The notes below the pieces were generated by a model. The model was not told where the DNA came from. It did no database searches and saw only the letters and a program-made list of their open reading frames with translations. Source: Eledone cirrhosa (Eukaryota). From it: a stretch of 64,000 nt of DNA. Made by a program: the position numbers and the translations under genes. Below are positions 40,677-53,132 of this stretch, piece after piece; the stretch's first letter is position 1; every line of letters begins with the position of its first letter. The DNA lies in assembly GCA_964016885.1 (NCBI GenBank), contig OZ024741.1:322586001-322650000 (forward strand), read 5' to 3'.

Positions 40677-41703
40677 ACCAGATAGAAAAATGCGTACAGC
40701 AAAAAAAAGTAATATTGTTGGAATATAAACCTTTAAAAATACAGGACAAGAAACTAAAATAAAACTTTAAAAGAATAGGACAAGAAACTAAGATAAAACT
40801 TTAAAGAATTGGACAAGAAATAAAAAATTTTACAATAATATTAGTGGCAACATTTTTTTATTCGTTTCCTGTGCTATGCCCCAGTATCTTCTTGATTAGT
40901 GCATAATAATTGTCATGCTCTCATTGTGCGTTGCCCCTGAGCGGTTGGTTCTGGTTGGGGTTGGTTGGCTGAGCAGTTCTGCTCCGTCAGAATGACCATT
41001 GCAAGAAGAATTGGCCGATGCAGCTGCAGGTCTCCTCCAAGAATGCACTTCTGGTCCCGCAACACCAGACGGAGATGGAGAAGACGACCGGTACAAGATG
41101 TCGACTCTGACCACCGACTACGGCACCTCCCTCAACCACCGGTCCTCCGTCCCTCTGTCCCGTCATCCCTCCAGTCCTCCTGCTCCCCCTTCCTGTACCA
41201 GAAAGCTGTGGCACGCATTCATCTGGGCTGCCGGACTTGAACTCAAGGACAAGATGCAAGGAGAAGATGGACGGGTTGGTCAAGATCAAGGATGAGCGGG
41301 ACGACAAGACCGTCCGCTGCTGCTCAAGATCTGTACTCATGGGCCCATGGGTCCATTCACATTATGCATGACACATGAGGCGTGTCACCGAATGATGAAA
41401 TAGGGGTATGGTTATGGCCCAATTGGTGTTCAAACCAGGATCAGATGATCCCCCCCGGTCTGACGACGACCTCTGAATGTGGAACCCAGAGCCTATGAAT
41501 GTGGAACTCGATTTTTTACCAATAAAAATTTTGCCAGTAATATTATTGTAAAATTTTTTATTTCTTGTCCAATTCTTTAAAGTTTTATCTTAGTTTCTTG
41601 TCCTATTCTTTTAAAGTTTTATTTTAGTTTCTTGTCCTGTATTTTTAAAGGTTTATATTCCAACAATATTACTTTTTTTTGCTGTACGCATTTTCTATCT
41701 GGT
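40677..41703. mobile_element. Element with ~174-bp near-perfect inverted termini and GC-rich interior
   Basis: 40677-40850 is the reverse complement of 41531-41703; arms contain repeated GGACAAGAAAC/AAAACTTTAAA units. Confidence 0.75.
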
Positions 41704-42019
41704 ATATATATAGATATACATTAAATATAGTAACAATTATATCATAATTTAATTTACATATATTTCATCCCAATAGGATTCGTCAGAATAAGTTAAGAAA
41801 TCAACTTTATAGAAAAGTTCCAAGACGTTTTAACGCTCAGTGTGTGTACAATCCGCAAACATTCAAAACAAATTCATCCAAAATTGTACGGTTGTAAAAT
41901 CATAGACCATAAATAGTAAAAGCATTCAGAAATGTACTCACGTCGAGTGCTCAATCTTTCCTCCACTTGTTTATTGATCGGGGCGATGCAAACGCTATAC
42001 TGTCAATCAATTAATTAAA

Positions 42020-43270
42020 CGTTTATTAAAAGTTCATAGGTTGACTATTAAGTAGTGATGCTAGAGCTGAAAAATCTTACATGCATTAATTGCAACTTTT
42101 CATATTAATAACTGCATATAACTGCATTGTTTCCTTCCAGGCAAACTGACACCTGGCTGTTCAAAGAAGACTTCAAATGTAACTAGTAGCGACCTCTCTT
42201 GAAAATGGACAAAACTTGGTATCGTGATGTTATCAAGGACATTCATGCTGATATAGTTGCAGCATTAGGGGATGACGCTCCACCTTTATCAACAGTGTAA
42301 AAGTGGGCAGCTGAATTTAAGAGAGGAAAGGAGAGTCTTGAAGCTAAATCCAAGGTCTGGACGCCCTGCAACTGCCAGCACCGAGGAAAACATTGATCGT
42401 GTTAACCACATGGTGATAGATTATAGGTGATTGGTTACAAATCAAATAGCTAATGCTATTAGCATATCCCGTAAAAGAGTTGAGCAGTTTCAGCACAATG
42501 AACTTGGTGTGAAGGTTTCTACTCGGTGGGTGCCACATCTTCTGACACCTGATCAAAAGCTCACCAGACTGGTCACATCACGAAAAAATCTGACATTGTT
42601 TGCGGCAGATCCAGCTGGTTTCCTCGAACGTTTCCTAACCCAGGATGATTGTTGGGTTCATGACTTTGAGCCAGACACATAGAAGAAATCCATGCAGTGG
42701 AAACACCCTTCCTTACTTGCTCCAAAGACGGCCAAGGTCGTTTCATTGCAAGAAGGTGATGGCTTCAGTCTTTTGTGATGCAAAAGACATCGTATTCATT
42801 AGTTATCTTCAAAAGGGCCACACCATCAATAGAAACTACTATACTAACTTGCTGAGGCAGTTAAGAAAGGCTATCAAGAGCAAACGTCCAGGAAAATTGA
42901 CGAAAAGGAAATGCTCCAGCACACGAGAACTTGATTTCAATGGCTGATATGTGTGACTGTAGCTTTGAATTGGTTGATCACCCTCCCTATTCTCCTGATT
43001 TGGCCCCATCTGACATGTTCCCATGTTCCCCAACATGAAAAATACATTTTGCTGGGAACCAGTCTGCAGTGACGATGATGTCATATCTGCTGTAGATGAC
43101 GTTTTTGACCAATAGGATGAAAGCTTCTTCACAATGGGATCGAAGCACTGCAACCCCGGTGGAAGATGTGTGTGGACCGCAAGGGAGATTATGTTGAAAA
43201 ATAAACCCCATTTGGTCACAAACCATGAGAATATCTTGGTCAGTCTATGAACGTTTCTGCCGACCCTCTT
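42020..43270 (+). pseudogene. Mariner (DD34D) transposon, decayed
   Basis: STRWVPHLLT, FLTQDDCWVH, KVMASVF, HPPYSPDLAPSD; terminal AAAAGTTCATAGGTTGAC vs GTCAGTCTATGAACGTTT. Confidence 0.9.
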
Positions 43271-43662
43271 CTATGTATGTATGTATACATATATCCTCCC
43301 TCTTTCTCTACCTCTATATTCCTCCCACTATCTTCACACTTCTTTCTCTGTCGCTATTCTCTATTCCTTTCATTGTCTGCCTGACTGTCTGCCAGCCTGT
43401 CCGTCTGTCTCTCTTACCCCTTCCTCTCTTTCTACCTACTACCCTCTCACACATTGATCTAGCGACTCGCCGGTTTGCATAGCGTTAAATATATGAGAGG
43501 AAAATCTTCCCTTGTACAGGCTGCTATTCGGTCTCAGGTTTGATGCTCATGTGCAATGAGGCCCATATCTGCGTTATTGTCGTGTACTACATTGCCAACA
43601 TTGTTTTCGAAAGACTTAACAATCTTTTATTAATCTTTGATTACCCCCCCCCCCCCCCCAGC

Positions 43663-43723
<61 letters not shown>

Positions 43724-44339
43724 CATTTTTAATCGATGTTTCTAGAATTTCACACTCTCGTCATCAGGGTTTTGAATGTTGTTGAACTTTTTTTACCGTC
43801 GCGTTTGTTGTAAGGAATGGTGCTTCATGGCATTTACTATTTATCAATGTTAACACTAATAGGCTCTGTTCAGTATTGGGCTAGGCCATATCTAACTTAA
43901 TAGCGCCACATGGCGGAGTTTTTAAAATCAAGCTTCATATTTTAGTCATGTTTTGGACTTGGACACAATGCCTCTTTCTAGTAAGGAGATACTTTTGGTG
44001 GAGATATATCCGGTTGTAGGTGCTTTACATGGAATATTCTCGAAGGAATTTCTCCTGGAACCATTTGAGATATTAAAGAGAACATGGCTAGTTGCCGTGG
44101 TAAATTAGTTGTGAAGTGATACGAGCACGATTTTTGTTGCGGATGGATAGTAAGAATTACAAGCCTGGGGTGAATTTTAAAGATGTCGCCAGAACAATTG
44201 ATGACATACAGATGATATAATGTTCATGGGGGCGTTGGAGGGAGTAGAGCTCAATAACCATGATCTTCCATGATATCTATATTTTTGTAATTGACGTTTG
44301 GGGTGGTATCCATCCCTCTATCTATATATTTGTCTACCC

Positions 44340-45865
44340 AATCGGAGCCGTTCGCAATCACGCGTTCCACCCGAGAGGGAAGCCCTCTCTCCTCCATTCT
44401 GTACGTACTGACTCTAGAGCCACTACTGCGGAAGTTGGAGCTTCTGCAGGGCAGAAGGACCGGTGAAATTTCTCGGCGTCTGGTTCGGTCCAAACCTCCA
44501 GGTGGAGAAAAACTGGAACGAGGTCACGGCCAAGGTATTTGCGCTCACCCAGAAGTGGGCAGAGTACAAACTATCCTAGAAAGGTCGAGCGGAGGTGGCG
44601 AACACTTTCATAGCGTCCGTCATCTACTACCGCTTGACCGTCGTGCCTTGTCCCCGTGAATACCTCACCAAGATGGAACACATGCTCTTCCAGTTCCTTT
44701 CGAAGAATCAGGCTCCACTGGTGAGGAGATCCGTCTGCTGTCAGCACCCTTCCAACGGAGGGCTGGGAATGCCATGGCTGATGATGCGCAAACATGCGCT
44801 GAGGCTACGGCATCTCCAGGTATTCCTCGCCTGAGACAGGCCTTCCCGCAACTTATCTCGCTGATGGAGCTGCAGTCCTGGGCCAAGCGGAGACCGAAGA
44901 ATATTGGCGCCTGGCACATTGAATGCGCTCAGGCGCTCACAGTCCTCTTTCAGGCGGGCACAGCAATCAGTGGAGACTCCACTTCGACATTCTATAGAGG
45001 GTTAGTACGTTACAAGTGCGACGACGTGCTCGGAGAGACTCTGGGCGTCGAAGACGATGAGCTCACTAGTCTGTTTGGTAGGACTTTCCGTACGTGACCC
45101 ATGGACAACCTCCAGAGGTCCCTGGCCTGGCAGTGCTACCGAGGAGCTCTACCAGTTCGAGACAAGATCTATAGGCACGGACGCCCCGGCAGGGATCCTT
45201 CCAAGAGGACGTGTCCAAGATGCAAGCAGGACATTGAAACCGTCTTGCACGCAATTGTACACTGCCCAGACGTAACCGACTAGTGGATCTAGACAGAACA
45301 ACTCTGTCACGTATGGAACAAATCCAGTTGATTGCCAAGTCCATAGTAAGGATCAAACCGCCAACTTCTTTCAAAAACGAAAGAGAAGCGGTTTTCTTCT
45401 GTATAGTGGCTATGGTAAAAGAGATTATATGGTGGACGAGATTGAGAGGACTGAGGACAGATGCCTTTCTCTCCGGACAACAACTCATTCCCTTCTTTAG
45501 GTACCACTTTAGAAGGAGAATCAGAGTGGAGAGAGAGGCACTGCACCCCAGTAAATTTACTGAAAGGTGGTTGAATGTAGCAAAAATGGCCCGAGTGATT
45601 GGGCCTTCTCTGTATATAAACCTGTAGGTTGAAGATGAGAGCAAAATGAGGAAAAAAGCACTTGCAAACACGCTCCTGGAGTTGAGGGTTGTTCTATCTA
45701 CGGGGTATTAAACAACCCATTTGTGGCGTCTCGCCCCTATCGGGGATTTAGATTCTTATAATTGTTTGTTTTATATTTTTTTTTACACGACTGTATGTAA
45801 AATCACCGGCATGTGTCTTTGTATTGTCCCCTTTTCTTGTGCGCCCTTGTGGCAAATAAAGAAAT
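44340..45865 (+). mobile_element. Tx1 LINE 3' part with internal deletions
   Basis: Near-identical to parts of 8125-9846; ends GTGGCAAATAAAGAA + TATCTATCTATCT. Confidence 0.9.
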
Positions 45866-45906
45866 ATATCTATCTATCTGTGCCATCCACATCGCTGTAA
45901 CGTTTC

Positions 45907-45937
<31 letters not shown>

Positions 45938-45951
45938 TGTATGTATGTATG

Positions 45952-47000
45952 TTATCTCTTTCTCTTAATTTCGAGTATATTTTTTTGACCGGCCACCTTC
46001 CTGGTGGCAAGGTTGTAAAAGAAAAGAAATTGTCATCCCTTGAATCGCAAGAATGTTTTGCAAATTTTGAAGGTGCCAGCTATCGCAGCCATTTGTAGAC
46101 TATGAATTAGGGAGCTGCGCTTTTTGTCCGCAAATCCAAGTTCAGTCATACTTTGGTCCAAGCGGGTTGGTATATAACCCGTAGGCCCAATAATGATGGG
46201 TATGGAGCTAAAGGTGTATCTTGGATGCTGGAATTGTAAACTCCTCATCAATGGTCCGTAGATGTCCTCCTTCTCCTGTATTTTTCTGACAACGTTTACA
46301 TCAAGTGGGCAGCTGATCTCCACAACAGAACACGTTTTCAATGTGTGGTCCCAAACAACAATATCAGGCCGGTTGTGCTTTAATTTGGTGACAGTTTTTA
46401 TTTTCAGGTTCCACCAGTATTCCTTAGTGCCATCTGTCTCAATATATTCTTCCTCGTTTGTTGTTAATTTTGTTTTCCGAAGTACGTTCCAGATGGTTCT
46501 AGCTATCCCATCGTGTCTCATGGGGAGGTAGTAGCGAGATGACATTCTTTCGCAGCTGGCAACAATGTGGCCTACATCCTCGATCTTTGTTTTACATAGC
46601 CTACATTTATTGTCAGCTGCTGGCCCTCCTCTTTTGTGCAGCAGATATTTGGTAGGGAGTTCTTGTTCCTGTATTGCATAGAGATATCCCTCAAGGTGTG
46701 ATGTCATAAACTTGTCGGAACTCCATGCCAGGCTTTTTGAGTGGTTTATCCCCTCTATGGTCTGTGTTTTACGTCTCAAGTATCCATGCACAACTTTTTC
46801 TGTAAATTGGTCAATTTTTTTATCTTGTTTGAACATTGAATAGGATCTTCCAATTTCTCAGGCTTTATTCCATATCTCTCCTCCAGATCAGTCGCTATTC
46901 TAATGATATTTTTTTTTCATGCTGATAAACCTGGGCAAGATGGTTGCTAACCTTTTTCCTCTTGTTGAAGGTATTGCTTCAGTGTTACTATCCGGGTCTC
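45952..47000 (-). mobile_element. R4/Dong-type RLE LINE, 5'-truncated (family 2)
   Basis: ORF 46033-46836: AIQEQEL, CRLC..EDVGHIVASC, MRHD, RPDIVVWD..VVEISCP; (TATG)n on both flanks. Confidence 0.88.
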
Positions 47001-47090
47001 ATGTATGTATGTATGTATGTATGTATGTATGTATGTATGTATGTATGTATGTATGTATGTATGTATGTATGTATGTATGTATGTATGTAT

Positions 47091-48388
47091 GTCAGGTCAC
47101 CACTTGGTGCTACTGGTAACATGTATACCAGTACAACCTGTCTCATGGTCGGGTCGTTGGCGACTAAACTGGCAACCCCACCAAGGTTTCTTGGTGAGGA
47201 GGGTGACTTTGGACATCCTGCAGGACTAAAAACAAAACCTGTCAAAGGGCAAAGGAGCTCTTAAGAGTCAATGGCCATCCAAAATCACTGGGAGAGATGA
47301 CCCCTTAGCCTTTGTCAAGGCAGAATTCTAGGAGAAGGAAAACTCTGATATAACACCTGCAACCCTGATGGTATCCAATGATGTTGGCTTGTTCTTCTTT
47401 TTGGTAAATATCATCTTGGTTAAGAGAATGGGACTGACTTTGTGCAGTGCCTTTGCTCACTATAAAAGCTTCACGGCACAGGCATTGCTTTATATCTGGA
47501 TATCTCTCTGCACTTGTCGTCACATGGTACCAAAGGCAAAGCACTATGTGTCAATAATTGTCACAAGTGTAGTGTTTGTACCAGAGTTTTCAAGTCGCTG
47601 GCTGGACTAAAAAGTCACACTCGTTCAGCGCATCGGTAGGGGTTCTCCTACATGGATATAAAGTAGTGGCCGTACTCGAAAACGAGTTGGCAGCCACCAT
47701 GTATGTATGTATGTATGTATGTATGTATGTATGTATGTATGTATGTATGTATGTATGTATGTATGTATGTATATATGTATGTCAGGTCACCAGTTGGTGC
47801 TACTGGTAACATGTATCCCAGTGCAACCTGTCTCATGGTCGGGTCGTTGGCGACTAAACTGGCAACCCCACCAAGGTTTCTTGGTGAGGAGGGTGACTTT
47901 GTACATCCTGCAGGACTAAAAACAAAACCTGTCAAAGGGCAAAGGAGCTCTTAAGAGTCAATGGCCATCCAAAATCAGCGGGAGAGATGACCCCTTAGCC
48001 TTTGTCAAGGCAGAATTCTAGGAGAAGGAAAACTCTGATATAACACCTGCAACTCTGATGGTATCCAATGATGTTGACTTGTTCTTCTTTTTGGTAAACA
48101 TTATTTTGGTTAAGAGAGTGGGACTGGCTTTGTGCAGTGCCTTTGCTCACTTTAAAAGCTTCATGGCACAGGCATTGCTTTATATTTGGATATCTCTCTG
48201 CGCTTGTCGTCACATGGTACCAAGGGCCCAGCACTATGTATCAATAATTGTCACAAGTGTAGTGTTTGTACCAGAGTTTTCAAGTCGCTGGCTGGACTAA
48301 AAAGTCACACTCGTTCAGCGCATCGGTAGGGGTTCTCCTACATGGATATAAAGTAGTGGCCGTACTCGAAAACGAGTTGGCAGCCACC
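47091..48388 (+). mobile_element. Two tandem copies of a bipartite non-autonomous RTE derivative (47091-47698, 47781-48388)
   Basis: Middle homologous to RTE 5'UTR 48880-49100; 3' part encodes CSVCTRVFKSLAGLKSHTRSAH* and the RTE terminal motif; (TATG)n spacers. Confidence 0.88.
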
Positions 48389-48627
48389 ATGTATGTATGT
48401 ATGTATGTATGTATGTATGTACGTTAGTATGTGCGTATGTTAGTATGTACGCATAAGAGTATGTATGTATGTATGTATGTATGTATGTATGTATGTATGT
48501 ATGTATGTATGTATGTATGTATGTTAGTATGTACGTTAGTATGTATGTATGTATGTTAGTATGTACGTTAGTATGTATGTTAGTATGTATGTATGTATGT
48601 ATGTATGTATGTATGTATGTATGTATG

Positions 48628-48683
<56 letters not shown>

Positions 48684-48795
48684 CGTGTAAGTGAGTAGAG
48701 TAGCGTGTGTGTGTGTTTGTTGTATGTATGAGTGTTGCTGTGTGCGCGCATATGTATGCGTGTGTGTGTATGTCGTACGTATAAGTGTCAATAAG

Positions 48796-48827
<32 letters not shown>

Positions 48828-48829
<2 letters not shown>

Positions 48830-49132
48830 GCGGGGACATAGAAATAATCGGGCTGGATGCCCGATCGCGCAGTTAAACCACTGGGAGTGAAGAACCCCTA
48901 GCCCTTGTCAGGGTATTCTTCTAGGAGAAGGCATCTCAGGAAACTGGGATAACTCCGATATAAAACCTGCGGCTCAGTAGTTACCGATGATGTTGATCTT
49001 TTCTTCTTTTCGGGTTATAGCTACTGTCGCTCAGAGAGTGGGATTGGCTCAGTGCACAGTCTTTCCTCACTTTAAAAATATTCGTCACGCACAGGCATTG
49101 CACGAGTGCATTAATAATTATTAATAGTGTAC

Positions 49133-49168
<36 letters not shown>

Positions 49169-52100
49169 TATTATTACTTTTTTTTTTTTTTTTTTTTCAA
49201 ATTCAATGATGTTCCAGAACAATGTAAACGAGATAATTGCCAATTTGGGTTCTGGAACAAAAAAGATCATTGGCAATAAGGGCAGGGGCCCCAAGTTATC
49301 ACAACCTGGGCCCGCCCGTCATCGTGCCATTGTAATAGAGCCAAACAGGGCATTTAGTCTTGGCTGCTGGAACGTACGGACGCTGCTTGACAGGGATTCT
49401 TTGGAGCATCCTGAACGAAGGACCGCTCTTGTTGCAAAGGAGCTTCGACGTTACGATCTTGACATCGTGGCTTTGTCTGAGACGAGGTTAGCTGGAGATG
49501 GTCATCTTACGGAATTTTGTGGAGAATATACATTCTTCTGGAAAGGAAGAGATGAAGGAACCAGAAGAGAGGCTGGGGTAGGATTTGCTGTTAAGACTGT
49601 ACTGGTGAATAAATTAGAAGAATTCCCAGTGGGGATTAGTGAGCGTCTTATGTCCATGAGAGTTCCGCTGGACAAGGGAAGATATGCTACCCTGGTGAGT
49701 GTGTATGCTCCAACTATGAATTCTGTCGATGAAGAAAAACTGTCCTTTTACCATGCCTTGAAAGGTGTTCTAAGAAATATCCCTCAGGCAGACAAAGTCA
49801 TCGTGCTTGGTGACTTTAATGCTAGAGTGGGTAGGGATTTTAACACATGGAATGTAATCGGAAGGCATGGGGTGGGAAAGTGTAACAGCAATGGTATGCT
49901 CTTGCTGCAGATGTGTGAGGAGCTGGATCTGTGTGTTACCAACACCATGTTCCAACAAAAGAACAAATTCAAGACCACATGGATGCATCCTGCATCTAAG
50001 GAATGGCATCTTTTGGACTACGTCCTAGTCAGGATGCGTGACAGACAGGATGTGCAGTCTGTTCGTGTTCTTCGTGGAGCTGAGTGCTGGACGGACCACC
50101 GCCTGGTACGCGCAAAAGTGAATCTAATCACCAAACGTAAAATCCGGGCTCCTGGTGTTACCCTGCCCAAAAGATTGAATGCTGCTCGTCTTAAGGATAA
50201 AAATGTGAAGAGGACATTGGAAGAAGAGATGCAGGCTGCAGATCTTGGTGAGGATTGGCCGACCCTTAAAAAGTCGGTTTATGATGTAGGCAGACGTGTT
50301 CTGGGATTGGTGCAGAGAAAACATCAGGACTGGTTTAATGAGAATGATGTGCATATAGAAGACTTGTTGGCTGATAAGAGGCGTGCTCTGTCACGCTACT
50401 TGACGGCAAAACCACAGGAGAGGAATACGTTGCATGAGGAGCTCAGGGATGTAAAATCACGTGTTAGGCGGAGTCTTTCTCAGATGAAGGATCAGTGGTG
50501 GAGTGAGAAGACTGGTGAAATACAAACTGCGTCTGATTGCAATAACACAAAGCTGTTGTACAGTCTCTTGCGTGAGGTTTATGGACCGTCTTCTTCTCTG
50601 GTGACACCGATTCGCAGCAAGGATGGCAAAGAACTTCTTCGTGACTCACAGGGAATTCTACGAAGGTGGCGAGAGCACTTTGATGATCTTTTGAATCAGC
50701 CGTCTGTCGTCAGTGAAGATTTCCTCAATCTCATTCCGGAAAGTCCTGTGAAAGTAGCTCTCGCAGAACCTCCGACACTTGTGGAGGTTGCAGTGGCTAT
50801 TTCGAAGCTGAACAGTGGAGGATCTCCAGGTATGGATGGCATACATGCTGAGCTCCTACAATATGGTGGTGAGAGTCTCCTGCAACATCTTCACTCTCTA
50901 TTTGGAAGGATATGGGCTAATGAATCCGTGCCTGAGGACTGGCGAGATGCAGTAATGGTGGTCTTGTACAAGGGAAAGGGTAACAGGAATGATTGTGGGA
51001 ACTACAGAGGTATATCATTGCTTTCTGTCGTGGGGAAAGTTTTATGTAGGGTGCTTCTGGACCGTCTGCTGACACACATTGCAGATTGTGTCCTTCCTGA
51101 AAGTCAATCTGGTTTTCGTGCTGGACGCGGCACTACTGATATGATCTTCTCAGCTAGACAGCTCCAGGAGAAGTGCATTGAACAGGGCTTGGATCTGTAT
51201 CAGGTTTTTGTCGATCTGACAAAGGCTTTCGATACTGTCAACAGAGATGCATTATGGAAGGTTCTCCAGAAACTTGGTTGCCCTGATAAGTTCCTTGCTT
51301 TAGTTAGGTCTTTCCATGACAACATGAAGGCTTGGGTTAATGTCGGAGGTAACATGTCGGAGCCTATCTCAGTAAAAAATGGAGTGAAACAGGGGGATAT
51401 TCCAGCACCGACCCTGTTTGCCATATACTTTGCAATGGTTTTCTGTATTGCATTCAGGAATTGCGATCATGGTGTTTACATCCGATATCGAACCTCAGGC
51501 AGCATATTTAACATCAGGCGCTTTGCTGCGAAGACAAAAGTATTTACATCAGTCATAAGAGACCTCTTGTATGCAGATGATTGCGATCTTGTAGCGCACA
51601 CAGAGAGTGATATGCAGCACATTTTGAATGTATTTTCTGACGCTTGCACTGCCCTGGGTTTGACTGTCAGTCTCAAGAAAACCGTCGTCATGTACCAACC
51701 TGCCCCTGGTAAGCAGTACACTGAACCAAACATCTATGTGTATGGCAAACGACTTGGAGTGGTTGATCAGTTTGTCTACCTGGGAAGCACTGTCAATCGA
51801 TACGGCAACCTTGACAGTGAAATCTCACTTAGGATTAGGAAAGCAAGTGATGCTTTCGGAAAGCTAGAAAGGCGACTCTGGGGTCGGCGAGACATATGCA
51901 GGAGGACAAAGGTAAAGGTGTACAGGGCATGTGTACTCTCTTGTCTTCTTTATGCCTGCGAGACCTGGGTCACATATCGACGCCACCTTAAGCAATTGGA
52001 GCGTTTCCATCAGATGTGTCTCAGACGGATCCATGGCGTTCACTGGAGGGACCACATCAGTGATGTCGAGATTTTGGAAAGCTCTATGTGTGACAGTATA

Positions 52101-52757
52101 GAAGCTCTTGTGCTTAAGCAGCGACTCCGTTGGAGTGGTCACCTTGCCAGGATGAAGGATTCTAGAATACCAAAACAACTCTTCTATGGAGAGTTGGTTA
52201 AAGGAAAACGACCGCCACATAAACCAAAAAAGAGGTATAAGGATTCCTTGAAAGCCTCTCTGAAAGACGCTAACATCTCTGCTGATACATGGGAAAATAT
52301 TGCTGCTGATCGTAATAAATGGAGAAAGACTGTATATGAGGGAAAAGTTGCCTTTGAGGCATCTCGAATCGCACACGAGAAAGTAAAGCGGGACGTGAGG
52401 AAGGGCATTGCTGTTGCACTTCCAGACGGCGAGGGTCCTCCTATGCTTCTGACATGCAGCGTCTGTGCGAGACTCTGCCTAAGCAAAGCTGGACTCGAAA
52501 GTCATCTTCGCAGTCATAAAGTAAGACCAGTGGTTGACTACCAGGCTGCTGTTGGAGATGCTACTCATCATGCTTGCCAAACATGTGGTAGAGAATGTAA
52601 ATCAGCAGGAGGACTCAAGCGACATGCAAAAGTACACGAACTCCAACCACAGCCGACTATTCCCAGTAAATGTTTTGGTTGCCGACTCTGTGCAAGACAT
52701 TTTAGATCATTGGCTGGGCTAAAAAGCCACATTCGATCGCAGCACTGTTAGTTGCTA

Positions 52758-52821
<64 letters not shown>

Positions 52822-52900
52822 GCTTATGTGCGTGCGTGTGTGTGTATATATATATGAATATGTATATTATTATTGTTGTTGTCGTTATTATTATTATTGC

Positions 52901-52934
<34 letters not shown>

Positions 52935-53099
52935 GTTATTAATGTATGTGTGTATATATGTGTGAGTGTATGTGTATGTATGTGTGTGTATATATGTATG
53001 TGTGTATATGTATGTATGTGTATGTGTATATATATATGTATATATATATATATATGTATATATATGTATATATATATATATCTTTTCCCCTTTTTTTTT

Positions 53100-53132
<33 letters not shown>

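Noticed and set aside
43730-44260. Possible decayed coding sequence (LTR-retrotransposon-like)
   Set aside because: No motif I could identify with confidence
47128-47175. HDV-like ribozyme (CCAGT...CTAA-ACTGG)
   Set aside because: P1, P3 and P1.1 could not be assigned, and comparison with the 60058 family favours simple hairpins; kept only as a hypothesis
52455-52751. Host C2H2 zinc-finger gene exon
   Set aside because: Fingers are in frame with the RTE ORF, lack TGEKP linkers and recur in the RTE derivatives
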